Virus record (IMG/VR): IMGVR_UViG_3300031949_000013
Location: 1-64,000 of that record
Reading direction: 5' to 3' (one strand)
DNA length: 64,000 nucleotides
Source of the DNA: a virus
Below the pieces are notes generated by a model. That model searched no databases. It was given only the letters and a program-made list of their open reading frames with translations, and was not told the DNA's origin. The position numbers were made by a program, and so were the translations under genes. Of the stretch, positions 19,090 through 28,762 are shown piece by piece. Numbering within the stretch: position 1 is the stretch's first letter; every line of letters starts with the position of its first letter.

Positions 19090-20550
19090 TCACTGTCCTA
19101 GATCGAAGAGACGGCCCTTAACAATTAGGGCCTCTTTTTCAGCCTGGGTCATGTCCCTGCCAATGACCCTACGGCAGGCCAGTAGGTAACTTTCTACATC
19201 TGAGTATGCAGCCGCGCCCCCAACGGCCACGACGGTTCGGTAGATCCGGTTGTCTCCGGCCATTCTGGGACTGTCATTCATGAGGTCTACGTACCGCGAG
19301 ATAGCCAGGATCTCCCTACTGGAGAACTTCTGAGCCTTGACTATCTGCCAACCACCACGAAGGTGGTAAATCAGACCGACTATGATTCTTCGGGCTATAA
19401 GCGGATTCTTGACGCTTCGGAGAACAACCCGAGCTGCTTGTCGAATAGCCGGATTCTGAGCCATGGCCGACTTGATCAACGTCTCGTTCATATTCTCCGA
19501 CCCGGGTCCTGGAGTCTCCGTTGGTGGAGGAGCTGCCATCTCCTCCCGGACCTTCTCGATAGCTTTGGTCCGGATATGATCAGCCAAGTCACTGACGGCG
19601 GTGTCCATCGGATTTTCGGGAGATTCCTCACCTGGGATATCTCCTTCGGTCGGGTTCTCCTGTGCCCAGATTCTTCGGGCCGCCTTCTGAAGCAACCGAG
19701 GATCAGCAACCCGAGTGGGCTGGGAGAAAGCCACCTGCATCTTCGGAGCCAACCCAGCAATCTCCTGAGGGCTCAAAATGTTTCGAAGCACAGCGCCCGT
19801 GAAAGCCGGATTAGCAACCCAAGACGCCTCAATGAACTTGACCGACTTAGGATCTGTATAGTGCCCGCAGAGTTCGGCGATCTTCCGGGTCTTCCCTAAG
19901 GAATCGACGAAAGTGTTGCCCTTCGAGTACCGTATGTGCGAGCAAAGTTGAGTCTCATCCTCGGAGGTATTCCCACACTTCGAACAGGTCGTGTGTACGA
20001 CAGAACAGCCCATACTCAGCGTCGAGAGCTGACCGCTCGCAATCGCATCAATGAGTGGCTTGTGTTTCCGATCTGTGGCTACGAGGATGTCCACGTAGAT
20101 CGAGTCCCCAATGTCCCGGGCAGCGGCATCAATGATCTTGCCCTTGGATAACTCAGGGATCTGGAGATGTTCGACGTAGTTCTCTCCACCAACGAATGTC
20201 TTGAAGGTGGCTAGTAAGAGCTTCCGCTCCCACGAATCTTGGTTGTTGTTGCAATATTTGCTCGTCCCAGGAGTGATGAAGTAGTCCTGGTACTGACGAT
20301 TGACCGTGAACCCACCCTCAAAATTCCTGCCGAGCTGACCGGGACCATTCTCAGTATCCACCGAGGCAATAATGGTGCAGTGGCTCAAAAGGAATTTGTT
20401 TGGGTCGTACTCCCCAAGAACAACCTGTGCGGCAACCCTCCGGTCGAAAGCCGTGCCCATCTGCATGGCCTTGTGACGAACCTCATCCCAGGCCGGTAAC
20501 GATGTGATCGGCCTAACGACTGCTGCGTTTGCGTACTTGAGGAATGCCAT
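19090..20550 (-). CDS. Prohead (capsid maturation) serine protease with Zn-binding insertion
   Basis: YVEH...KGKII...LSMGC..CSKCG..CSH...FIEASWVANPA; HK97/herpes-type protease motif order. Confidence 0.8.
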   Translation of the reverse strand: MAFLKYANAAVVRPITSLPAWDEVRHKAMQMGTAFDRRVAAQVVLGEYDPNKFLLSHCTIIASVDTENGPGQLGRNFEGGFTVNRQYQDYFITPGTSKYCNNNQDSWERKLLLATFKTFVGGENYVEHLQIPELSKGKIIDAAARDIGDSIYVDILVATDRKHKPLIDAIASGQLSTLSMGCSVVHTTCSKCGNTSEDETQLCSHIRYSKGNTFVDSLGKTRKIAELCGHYTDPKSVKFIEASWVANPAFTGAVLRNILSPQEIAGLAPKMQVAFSQPTRVADPRLLQKAARRIWAQENPTEGDIPGEESPENPMDTAVSDLADHIRTKAIEKVREEMAAPPPTETPGPGSENMNETLIKSAMAQNPAIRQAARVVLRSVKNPLIARRIIVGLIYHLRGGWQIVKAQKFSSREILAISRYVDLMNDSPRMAGDNRIYRTVVAVGGAAAYSDVESYLLACRRVIGRDMTQAEKEALIVKGRLFDLGQ

Positions 20551-20552
20551 AC

Positions 20553-20747
20553 TTACTTCACGAAGACGTCGCCTTCGTGCTTCTTCAACTTGGCTAGTAC
20601 GTTTTCCAGATTTCGAATGAGATCCTTGAGTGGTCGTTCACGAATGGCAAGAGAGCCGATATCTTTGAGATTCAGGATCACTTCCTTTTCGACATGTACT
20701 CGTGGACTAGCAGCAACCCGATCTGTTCTGTCGTAGGAATACTTCAT
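20553..20747 (-). CDS. Small putative internal head protein
   Basis: MKYSYDRTDRVAAS N-terminus. Confidence 0.6.
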   Translation of the reverse strand: MKYSYDRTDRVAASPRVHVEKEVILNLKDIGSLAIRERPLKDLIRNLENVLAKLKKHEGDVFVK

Positions 20748-20761
20748 GGCTTAGATCCCAT

Positions 20762-21487
20762 CTACCAACCCACTGGCTCTCCATCCGGACCCATGATGTC
20801 GTTCTGGCGGATGATGAAGAGGTCTTTCGGACAGGCAAACAATCTGATCTTCTCGCCCTCGGCCATCTTGTAGAGAGTCTTCCGCATCATATTGCCGCAC
20901 TTCGGGCAGTTGGGCTTCTTGGCCGCAACTTCCTTCTTCGTGGCTCGATGCTGACGGTTCTGAGCAACCCAGTAGGTGGCAGCTTTCCGGGCGAACTCAG
21001 CGATGTAGACGTCTACAGTGTTCCGAGCGAACCGATACCACTTCTGGATTTCATCCCGAAGTGCTTCATCGTTCACCGCTTGCGAAGCATACCGACGCCA
21101 CAGGTCGTCGTAGGCCCTAACCTCGTTTGCTCCCTTCGACCAGATCCGAGCCAGCTCCTTGTGGAAGCCTTGCGGAAGCTCGGTAGTCCGCCAGAGAGCG
21201 AGTCTGACGGATGACTCCTTGGACTTCGCCACATCCCAACCGGGGTAGTAGGAGAAGTCCAAGGCTGGAGGAAGGTAGTAGGCAAACTCGGCGTTGACCC
21301 GAACCAGCTCTTCTGGAGAGACCCGCTCATTTCCAAACGGCCACTGGACATCCACGAACCCAATGCCCTTATGGACCGCTGTGACACGGCCATAGAAGGG
21401 GGAGACCTCGGAGAAGCCCGGAATGAACTTCTGCACAACATCTCCAGGACCGAAGTCCCGGGTGAGCTTCCAGTAGTCGATTGCCAA
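20762..21487 (-). CDS. Hypothetical protein, SH3-like N-terminus and C-terminal Zn ribbon
   Basis: GDVVQK..GRVTAV..G.VDVQWP; CPKCG...ACPKD. Confidence 0.6.
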   Translation of the reverse strand: MAIDYWKLTRDFGPGDVVQKFIPGFSEVSPFYGRVTAVHKGIGFVDVQWPFGNERVSPEELVRVNAEFAYYLPPALDFSYYPGWDVAKSKESSVRLALWRTTELPQGFHKELARIWSKGANEVRAYDDLWRRYASQAVNDEALRDEIQKWYRFARNTVDVYIAEFARKAATYWVAQNRQHRATKKEVAAKKPNCPKCGNMMRKTLYKMAEGEKIRLFACPKDLFIIRQNDIMGPDGEPVGW

Positions 21488-21502
21488 CTTACGGGCCTTT
21501 CC

Positions 21503-21892
21503 TCAGGGAGCCAGCGGACGACCTGTTGTGGACTTTCCGTGATGCACTGCTGACGACTGATCGTCGGCGTACGCCTGCATGTACGGCTCGTCAGCGTTCG
21601 TCATCACCGGATCCATGGGGTTCTTGAACGACTCCATGTAAGGCTCGTCAGAATCCCGGCTGATAACCTCAGCGGTCTTCAGAACCTCCACCTGGCGACG
21701 AATCACGGATTCCTGCCCGTAGGCCATCTTCTCGATCTCGTCTGCAACCACGTCAAGGTTATTGACCAAACCCTTGGCCGTGTCGAAGTCCATCCCCCAC
21801 TTCGCGTGGTTCTCCTGGATGAATCCAGCCATCTTGTCGAGACGACCAAGGATGTTGTCCATCTTGGCCTTTGCTTCCTTAGATAGTGCCAT
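21503..21892 (-). CDS. Hypothetical head-associated protein
   Basis: SD AGGAGGAG/GAAGGA; internal DEPYM repeat after KTA. Confidence 0.65.
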   Translation of the reverse strand: MALSKEAKAKMDNILGRLDKMAGFIQENHAKWGMDFDTAKGLVNNLDVVADEIEKMAYGQESVIRRQVEVLKTAEVISRDSDEPYMESFKNPMDPVMTNADEPYMQAYADDQSSAVHHGKSTTGRPLAP

Positions 21893-21919
21893 TATCCTTC
21901 TCTCCTCCTGATCGTCGGG

Positions 21920-24709
21920 TCAGACATCCAAGCTTTTGACAGCCTGGAGCACGGGCATGAAGGCCGCTCGGGCCTCGGGGTTCTGCTGAGCGGCCGAAAT
22001 CACGGCTGCACGGAGTGAAGCGTATTTCTTCGCCTGCTTCTCTCCCTGATCCTGGTCATCCTGACCCTGATCTTGAGCCTGCTTCTGACCTTGATCCTGG
22101 TCCTGCTCCTCGTCCTGGGCAACCCGGGTCGCCAAGTCCATCAGGTCGTAGGCCAAGGGAGCATTCTCAGCAGCGTACTTTGCTGCCAGCTTCCGGATTT
22201 CGTTCGACGCCTTCATGTTTGCCACCTTCTGTGATCCTTGATCTCCCAAAGGAGAATCGGTTGCCTGTCGTTGAGTCAAAAGAGTCATGTTTCCATCAAC
22301 CCCGGCCAACCTGGCCAAGAGCATGTTGTAGTTGTTCGGCTGGATGGCCCCATTGTAGGGTCCACTGTAAATCGCTAGGTCGAGAGCCGCTCGAAGCTGG
22401 GTGTCTCGAACAATCCCAGGCAACGATTGCTTCAACACAGGCGTCTGCAACCAATCCTTGGCAGCTCCAAGGATCATCTCCCAGTCGGTCTCTCCAAAAT
22501 CTCTCTGAGCTGGTTGCTGCCAACCGTTGTACCCAGGATATTCGGCAGGGGCCACACCGTTGTAAACGGCGGCCTTTTCAGACACAGGTGCCATCGAAGA
22601 TGGCGTGGGATAAGAAGAAATGACGAACCTGGCGGCCACCCTGGCGGCAGTCTTCTCCCCATACTGGGCAAACTGCTCAGTCAGAAGCCATTTCCTCAAA
22701 TCTCGTGTGGCTTTGGGGTTCTTCACCCGGTCGTAGTGGGCTGGTTTGACCGGGGGTACTGGCTTGGGGTTCTTCTGTTCCAAGGTCCAAAGGGCTGCCT
22801 GCCTATCCTCCAGGAGGCCGTTGTAGGACCGCATGGCTTCCTGCCATGCCTCAGGGGTCGAATACTTAGCCTGGTCCGGCTTCTTTGGCTCTGGGCCTTG
22901 ATCGAGTTGATGCTCAACCTCGATTTCCCACTCAGCAAGCTCCTGTTCGTGGTTTGCCTGGTCTCGGTCGTAGTCAGCAATCTCTTGATGCTCCAGATAG
23001 AGCTTGGTGGGAGCCGCCTTCTGTGGAGCAAGCGTCTCGATTCGATGAAGAACCATCCGCTTGAAGGTATCCCTAGGGTCTCGTTCGCTCGCCAACTCTG
23101 AAGGATAATTCCTGGCCCGGATTTTCATGAAGTTCTGAGCAGACTGAATCCCCTTCCCGATGTCCTTCGGACTGCTCCACTCAGAGATGTCCTGAAAGTC
23201 GTCTACGACTCCTTCCTTCTCCTCACGATCGTAGTCATCATCATCGTCATCCTTCAACAAGGACCAGAGAACTTTCGCAGGCGTTGCTGCAATGCTGACC
23301 GCAGTGCCAAGACCCTTCTTGAAAGCTCCCCAGCCTGTCGGACCCTTGGCAATGAAGAGATTTCGAGCCGTATTGAGATCGTTGCCCTGGAGGTAAGCAA
23401 CCACAATTCTCTGGGCATCCGGGTTGCCGCTCAGAGACTCCACGAGCTTCTTGGCAGCTTTTGGAGGAACATGGACGCCGGTCTGGCTGGTTGCCCGATC
23501 GAAAACCATGTCCGCAGCTTGTTGAGACACAGCCGAACGACCCTCTCCAGGTGGCTTGAGAAGAACCTGGGTCAGCCCAACGGCGACCATCGGGTCTGTT
23601 CCCTTAGGCAGAGTCTTACTCAGGGAGTCTTGGATGTTCTTCTTGGCAGCCAAACTGATGGCTACGATCTTGATCTGGTGCGCCCTGTAAACCTCGGCTT
23701 GATCTTGTGGACTCAAAGCAGCAAATGAAACGAAGTCGCCTTTCTTCGTCTGAATCGTTTCCGGCAGAGGAACCTTGGAAGGATCTGTCTCGTAGAACTT
23801 CCCAACCCTCCCGGCAAATGCCGTGATGTTCTTCTCGGGCTTTGAAGCCACGGCTTCGTAATACTTCACCAGGTCATCCACATCATCTGGATGCAGATTC
23901 GCCTGGATCAAAGCTACCCGGGACTCTTTCGGAAAAACATCCAGGATCTTCCGGATGGCGGCTTCACGTTGAGCCCTGGAGGCAGGCGGTCGCTGTGGAG
24001 GGGGTACTTTCGGGACAGCTTCAGTGACATCCTCAACCTCCTCGGGTTCTTTTTTCGGAGTCCCTTTCAGAGCTGACTCGGCTTCTTGAATCGCCTTCTT
24101 GTGCTCAGCGACGGCTGCCTCGAAGTCCTCCTCGGACTCAAAGTCCTTACGCTTCGGCTTGGGCTCTTGCGCCTTGGCCTGGAGTTGTTCCTGATGCTTC
24201 TGGAGCTTGGCCTTGTGCTGCTCCAAAGACTCCTGGTATTCCTCGTCCGAGTCATAGTTCTCTCGCTTGGGTGCAGTAGGAGGCTTGAAGCCTGAAGGCT
24301 TCTCCTCTTTCTTGCCCTTGCCCCGAGGCTTCTTCTCTTTCTTGCCCTTGCCCCGAGGCTTCTTCTTTTCCTCGACAGCCGCCTGTTCCTCCTCGGACTT
24401 GACGGTGTGTTTGGAAGGGTCAGCTTCCGGGTGGGACTTGAGGTACTCCTGTTTGGCTTCCTCGGTGGGGAACTCCACCGCCTGAAGATACTTGGCAACA
24501 ACCCGTTGGGCAGAGCCTCCGACGTTCTTGTAGTTATCGGAGCGGTCTTTCCGGTCCGCCGCCTCGTCCGGATCCACATCGTGATCGGACTCGTCCCTTT
24601 CCCGCCGAAGATCTCTCCGAGGGGGCTTCAATTTGGGAGCGGGACGGACCAAACGCTCGGCCTCGTCATCCTCCCGTTCAGCCTGGGTCTTGGTGGACAG
24701 GAAGTCCAT
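21920..24709 (-). CDS. Large modular putative internal head protein
   Basis: ORF track 21920..24730; ATG at 24709; RVVAKYL and RVAARF tags, KKPRGKGKKE duplication, QDQ repeats shared with scaffold. Confidence 0.65.
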   Translation of the reverse strand: MDFLSTKTQAEREDDEAERLVRPAPKLKPPRRDLRRERDESDHDVDPDEAADRKDRSDNYKNVGGSAQRVVAKYLQAVEFPTEEAKQEYLKSHPEADPSKHTVKSEEEQAAVEEKKKPRGKGKKEKKPRGKGKKEEKPSGFKPPTAPKRENYDSDEEYQESLEQHKAKLQKHQEQLQAKAQEPKPKRKDFESEEDFEAAVAEHKKAIQEAESALKGTPKKEPEEVEDVTEAVPKVPPPQRPPASRAQREAAIRKILDVFPKESRVALIQANLHPDDVDDLVKYYEAVASKPEKNITAFAGRVGKFYETDPSKVPLPETIQTKKGDFVSFAALSPQDQAEVYRAHQIKIVAISLAAKKNIQDSLSKTLPKGTDPMVAVGLTQVLLKPPGEGRSAVSQQAADMVFDRATSQTGVHVPPKAAKKLVESLSGNPDAQRIVVAYLQGNDLNTARNLFIAKGPTGWGAFKKGLGTAVSIAATPAKVLWSLLKDDDDDDYDREEKEGVVDDFQDISEWSSPKDIGKGIQSAQNFMKIRARNYPSELASERDPRDTFKRMVLHRIETLAPQKAAPTKLYLEHQEIADYDRDQANHEQELAEWEIEVEHQLDQGPEPKKPDQAKYSTPEAWQEAMRSYNGLLEDRQAALWTLEQKNPKPVPPVKPAHYDRVKNPKATRDLRKWLLTEQFAQYGEKTAARVAARFVISSYPTPSSMAPVSEKAAVYNGVAPAEYPGYNGWQQPAQRDFGETDWEMILGAAKDWLQTPVLKQSLPGIVRDTQLRAALDLAIYSGPYNGAIQPNNYNMLLARLAGVDGNMTLLTQRQATDSPLGDQGSQKVANMKASNEIRKLAAKYAAENAPLAYDLMDLATRVAQDEEQDQDQGQKQAQDQGQDDQDQGEKQAKKYASLRAAVISAAQQNPEARAAFMPVLQAVKSLDV
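24305..24364. repeat. 30-bp perfect tandem duplication inside CDS
   Basis: ctctttcttgcccttgccccgaggcttctt twice (KKPRGKGKKE). Confidence 0.9.
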
Positions 24710-24726
24710 CGCTAGACACGGGGGAT

Positions 24727-27700
24727 TCAAGGATTAGGACTGGTCGGCTTCTTGGAAGCGAACCGACTGTTCTGCGCTGATGTGTCCTGGCCTTCCTCTG
24801 GCTTGATTTCAAGCTTGAGGTACTTGGCGATACGCTCCAGAACGTCGGTCTTCTCGGCCAGGACACGGCCAACCTCAGCATAAAGCGACCGGAGCACCTC
24901 GTTGAAGGTGGCATCCGAAACTGTGAGGACATCCCGCTCGATCTTGAGCCGCGTGTCACTCGGGTCAATGTTGAGCATCTCCAAGATGATGTCGATGCTG
25001 AGCGAGCCCTTCTGGTAGAGGTTGTACATCGCATCGAACGTGTCCTGGCTGTCCCGAAGCGGAAGCCGGGTGAACGAGAGCTTCGGGTACAGGACCACTT
25101 CCTGACCCCACTGGTCCTTCTCGATGAAGCCCTTTCGACGAGCTACCGGCTTGAACAGGTACTCCTCGACGTACTCCTGTAAGACCTCTCGGAATAGGAG
25201 ATACCTGTTGTTGATTACCTCCAACTTGAGGCGATCTCCCGAGTAGAGAGCTTCACCGGACATGAGACTCTCAGTCACGCCAAGACCCGTCAGGAGCCGC
25301 CGCTCGGTCTGCTCGTACTCCACGGACAAGTCCAGGAGACGATCCCTGGATCCCATCTCCTCCCAGTGGACCTCATAGTTGGCCACAATGGAGTAGTCCG
25401 GGTCCACGAGAGCCAGATCTACCTGCTCTCGAAGCTGCTCGACGTCCGTATCCGAAAGACCCTCGGCCCACACAATGCGCTTGGGAGTCATCGCCCGAGA
25501 AGCGATGGAAGTCTGGGCCTGCCGGAGCTTCTCCCTATAGTAAAGCGTGCGTAAGCAGTTGAAAGTATTGGTGTTTCCAGCAAAGAAGGTGTGATCCTTG
25601 TGGACGTTAAGGCTGTAGACTGGCCCTGTGTGCCTAGCCGTAGAGACTTCCGACAAGCGATAGTACAGCTTGCCTTGAAGCTCGACGTGACGTGACCCAG
25701 AACGCCCGTCCTTCCACTTGTCTGGTTCCTGTCGCTTAGCGAGGAACCCGGTCTCGAAGAATGCCTTGACCGACGGACCGTGCGTGAAGTGTACAGCGTA
25801 AAGGGGCTTTGCCCAGGCCATCTCCCCATTTGCCTGCTTGACCCATCTCTCCTTCGTGGGCTTCGTCTTGGAGACGGGAATACCTAACGAGGTACAGAGG
25901 AGGAACACCTGCTCCATGAGTGCAGCGTTCGTATTGTTGAACCGGACACTGACACTGCCGTCTTTTTTGCGAACCACGTCCCCATCAGAATCGCAGAATC
26001 CTCGGAGCAGGCCGAAGAGAAAGCTCTTGGGGGCATCGAAAGCCCAACCAGGGACATGCTTATCTTCGCTGGTATGCCCAAAGTTCGCAGCTAGCCAACG
26101 GATCACGGCATCTTGACTACCAGACAAATGAACCCCGGCTGCCATGGGTGTTTCTGACCAGGCTACCTTGAGGTTCTCAAGCATGGGCTTGATGCCTCGC
26201 TCCATGGCCTGGACGGACGCTGGCTCGTTCGGACCGTAAGTGAACCCCAGGGTTCCGTAATCAAGCCCATCTTGCTTCGATATGTGGCCATCCCCGAGCC
26301 AGAAGCCCAAGAAGTACCCAAGGTCGGAAGAGAGGTCGAGATTTCGAGGGAAACTTTTTACATGATTCGCACTCGTAAGGGCATGGATTTTCTTCCTGTT
26401 GGGAGGGAAAATGATCGACTTGCCCTTCGTGATCCTAACTCCATATCCAAGCTGGATGAGTTGAGACCGTATCTCCTTGAGTGTGACAGGATGCAGGTTG
26501 AACCGCTCACACACTTCCGCAGACCGTAAGGTAACAGCTTCAGTTAGAGTCGTCGCCCAATCGAGGATGGCATTCATATCTCCAGTACGCCCAATCTTCT
26601 TCGGGTCAGTTTGCTCCTTCTCGTAAGAGACTGTGAATGTATCAGCGGTCCTGTCCACTACCTGCAAGCGAAGGGACGAAGAGCCTCCAGACTTTCGAGC
26701 TTGGTAGTCAGTCTCGATACCATGCAGGTAGGCTGCAAGATCCACAGACTTTACAGACTCGGTGAGAGGAAGCTGAGCGACCTGGAGGTAGTCTCCAGGC
26801 AACAGATCACCTGCGACCACTTCCAAAGTCACCCCGTCACGAAGCACAGGGTACTTGTGATCTTTGGTGCATCCGATGGGTTCTAGCTTGGCAACATGGA
26901 GTAGGGAAATTTCCTCATCGATATTGCGGATACCGACTTCAAATTCACACCACGCCCCCGTATGACTCAAGACCAAGTCCTTGTCAGGATCAAGGTCTTC
27001 GATAGGAATCTGGCGGACTTGGTCCTCCCGTTTCACAAGCACAGGCGTACCTGCGATATGACACCGATCCAAAATGCTCTGACCAATCTCCTGGTCCGCA
27101 CCCTTTCGACCTGAAAGCATGTAAACGAAGGAGCCTTCATCGGGTTCAGTCCCCAGAGGAATGAGCTTACCATCAGCAATGTGCTGTCGAACTTCCTCGG
27201 GGATCTCCTCGATCATCTCTTCCGCAACCGGATCTCCACCTAGAGCCTTTTGAATGAGCGCTCGATCCCGATCCGAGGGGATCAACTCAACACGGACCTT
27301 ATCCGTAAAGGAAAAGGTCTGGAGCTTGATCTTATCGATGGGAAGGATGATGATGCGAGCCCATCCCATATAGTTCTTAGCGTAGTGATGGAGTTCCTGG
27401 GTTTCCCGGTCCTCTCGCTCCTCCCACTGTTCCTGGGTGGCTTCCCCGGAGGTGCCGTCCTCCAAGAGAACCGCCATCTTGATCTGGTGCTTCTCGTACC
27501 CAATCTCGGGAGGGACATCGACTGCACTATCTTCGGCGAAAATGGCCGCTGTACCATCCAGCCAATAGTGGTGGCTGGCCGTGATGAGCCGTTGGAACAG
27601 CTTCGTGCGCCGACACATGCCCTGAAAGAAATCCAGGATGAACTTCCCATAGTCATCCGGAGACTCAAAACCCTCGGGGTTCGTACGGGGTTTCGGGGTT

Positions 27701-28074
27701 GTCAAACGGAGCTTCGAGAGCGGAAGCTCCGTATGTAAGTCGATGGCCTGCCCAACGATCTCGTCCGCGTTGTAGAAGTGGCGGTAAATCTCCCGCTTCT
27801 CACGAAGCGACTGCGGGAGTTCCAGAAAGTCTGTCGAGAGTTGCGGGCTGAAAAAATTGCCTTGGCTCGACATGGTCGTATTCCCGCCGAAGGCTCCAGC
27901 AAAGCCATCGAACCCGGAATTTGCCAACTTGACCTGCCGAGCAATCTTCTCCTTCTCGGTCAGACCCGACCTCATATTGCTGTGGGTTGCGACGTAAGGA
28001 CGCTGGGGCGGCATCCGGGTTGTCGTCCGGACGATGTAGCCTCCTGATCCGTTGGTGAATCTGTCAGACGGCAT
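24727..28074 (-). CDS. Portal protein (intein-containing)
   Basis: Between terminase and protease; RHFY..D.IVG.AIDLH.ELP.S, G.SIL.RC.R.L.Y..KLR.AQ; 1115 aa including intein. Confidence 0.8.
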   Translation of the reverse strand: MPSDRFTNGSGGYIVRTTTRMPPQRPYVATHSNMRSGLTEKEKIARQVKLANSGFDGFAGAFGGNTTMSSQGNFFSPQLSTDFLELPQSLREKREIYRHFYNADEIVGQAIDLHTELPLSKLRLTTPKPRTNPEGFESPDDYGKFILDFFQGMCRRTKLFQRLITASHHYWLDGTAAIFAEDSAVDVPPEIGYEKHQIKMAVLLEDGTSGEATQEQWEEREDRETQELHHYAKNYMGWARIIILPIDKIKLQTFSFTDKVRVELIPSDRDRALIQKALGGDPVAEEMIEEIPEEVRQHIADGKLIPLGTEPDEGSFVYMLSGRKGADQEIGQSILDRCHIAGTPVLVKREDQVRQIPIEDLDPDKDLVLSHTGAWCEFEVGIRNIDEEISLLHVAKLEPIGCTKDHKYPVLRDGVTLEVVAGDLLPGDYLQVAQLPLTESVKSVDLAAYLHGIETDYQARKSGGSSSLRLQVVDRTADTFTVSYEKEQTDPKKIGRTGDMNAILDWATTLTEAVTLRSAEVCERFNLHPVTLKEIRSQLIQLGYGVRITKGKSIIFPPNRKKIHALTSANHVKSFPRNLDLSSDLGYFLGFWLGDGHISKQDGLDYGTLGFTYGPNEPASVQAMERGIKPMLENLKVAWSETPMAAGVHLSGSQDAVIRWLAANFGHTSEDKHVPGWAFDAPKSFLFGLLRGFCDSDGDVVRKKDGSVSVRFNNTNAALMEQVFLLCTSLGIPVSKTKPTKERWVKQANGEMAWAKPLYAVHFTHGPSVKAFFETGFLAKRQEPDKWKDGRSGSRHVELQGKLYYRLSEVSTARHTGPVYSLNVHKDHTFFAGNTNTFNCLRTLYYREKLRQAQTSIASRAMTPKRIVWAEGLSDTDVEQLREQVDLALVDPDYSIVANYEVHWEEMGSRDRLLDLSVEYEQTERRLLTGLGVTESLMSGEALYSGDRLKLEVINNRYLLFREVLQEYVEEYLFKPVARRKGFIEKDQWGQEVVLYPKLSFTRLPLRDSQDTFDAMYNLYQKGSLSIDIILEMLNIDPSDTRLKIERDVLTVSDATFNEVLRSLYAEVGRVLAEKTDVLERIAKYLKLEIKPEEGQDTSAQNSRFASKKPTSPNP
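25558..27063 (-). mobile_element. Intein with LAGLIDADG endonuclease in portal (502 aa)
   Basis: N-terminus CHIAGTPV, block B CTKDHK, LGFWLGDG and LLRGFCDSDG, C-terminus VYSLNV..DHTFFAGNTNTFN, +1 Cys. Confidence 0.85.
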
Positions 28075-28077
28075 AGG

Positions 28078-28536
28078 TCACCTCTCCGCCTCATCCCCAT
28101 AGATGAGTTCGAAGTCATCACTTGTGGGGAGCGAAAGCTTCTCGATTTCTCGGTTCTGTGCCCGGAGCCTTCTCTGCTCCTCCTCGATGGCTTCTCGCTG
28201 CCGAGTTTCTTCTTGATTAGCCTTGGCAGTGTCAAGCACCCTACCCATCGAGGCGGTTCTGCGTAAGCCCTGATTCAGAGCCCCGCAAATCCGGGCGTAG
28301 GCGTTCGAGTAAGCCAAGTATCCAGAAGTCATTTCGTCCCGCTGCCGAAGGGCATGAGTTCGAAGTCGCTGGGATAATTCGACCAGCTTCAAGATACTGG
28401 TCGAGACAGACTCCCGCACGGAAGCCATCTCGTCGATGATCGCTTTGGCTTCTTTCTCATGCCGCTCGACCCGCTCCTCTTCCTGGAGCCGAGCGGTTCG
28501 AATCAAGCCGTTGCTGTGCTGGGCTTCAGGCGACAT
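28078..28536 (-). CDS. Hypothetical coiled-coil protein
   Basis: 152-aa ORF, SD GAAGGA. Confidence 0.6.
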   Translation of the reverse strand: MSPEAQHSNGLIRTARLQEEERVERHEKEAKAIIDEMASVRESVSTSILKLVELSQRLRTHALRQRDEMTSGYLAYSNAYARICGALNQGLRRTASMGRVLDTAKANQEETRQREAIEEEQRRLRAQNREIEKLSLPTSDDFELIYGDEAER

Positions 28537-28762
28537 CCTTCTTCTCGTTCAAGTTTCCCCAGGCTTGGACCAGACGGATCAACAAGCCGATGTGAACTAG
28601 GTCTCCAGCCAGAATGCTGGACCACTCACCACCACAACGTCGAAACACTACCCGGATGGAGGCGAGCTGCTCCCCATCTATGCCCCTCCCCAACAGATTG
28701 TCCACAAATTTGTGAACGACCTTGTCAGCGAATAGGAGTGGCGATGGCTCTTTCTCATCCAT
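28526..28762 (-). CDS. Hypothetical protein
   Basis: ATG at 28762 overlapping the terminase stop region. Confidence 0.55.
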   Translation of the reverse strand: MDEKEPSPLLFADKVVHKFVDNLLGRGIDGEQLASIRVVFRRCGGEWSSILAGDLVHIGLLIRLVQAWGNLNEKKDVA

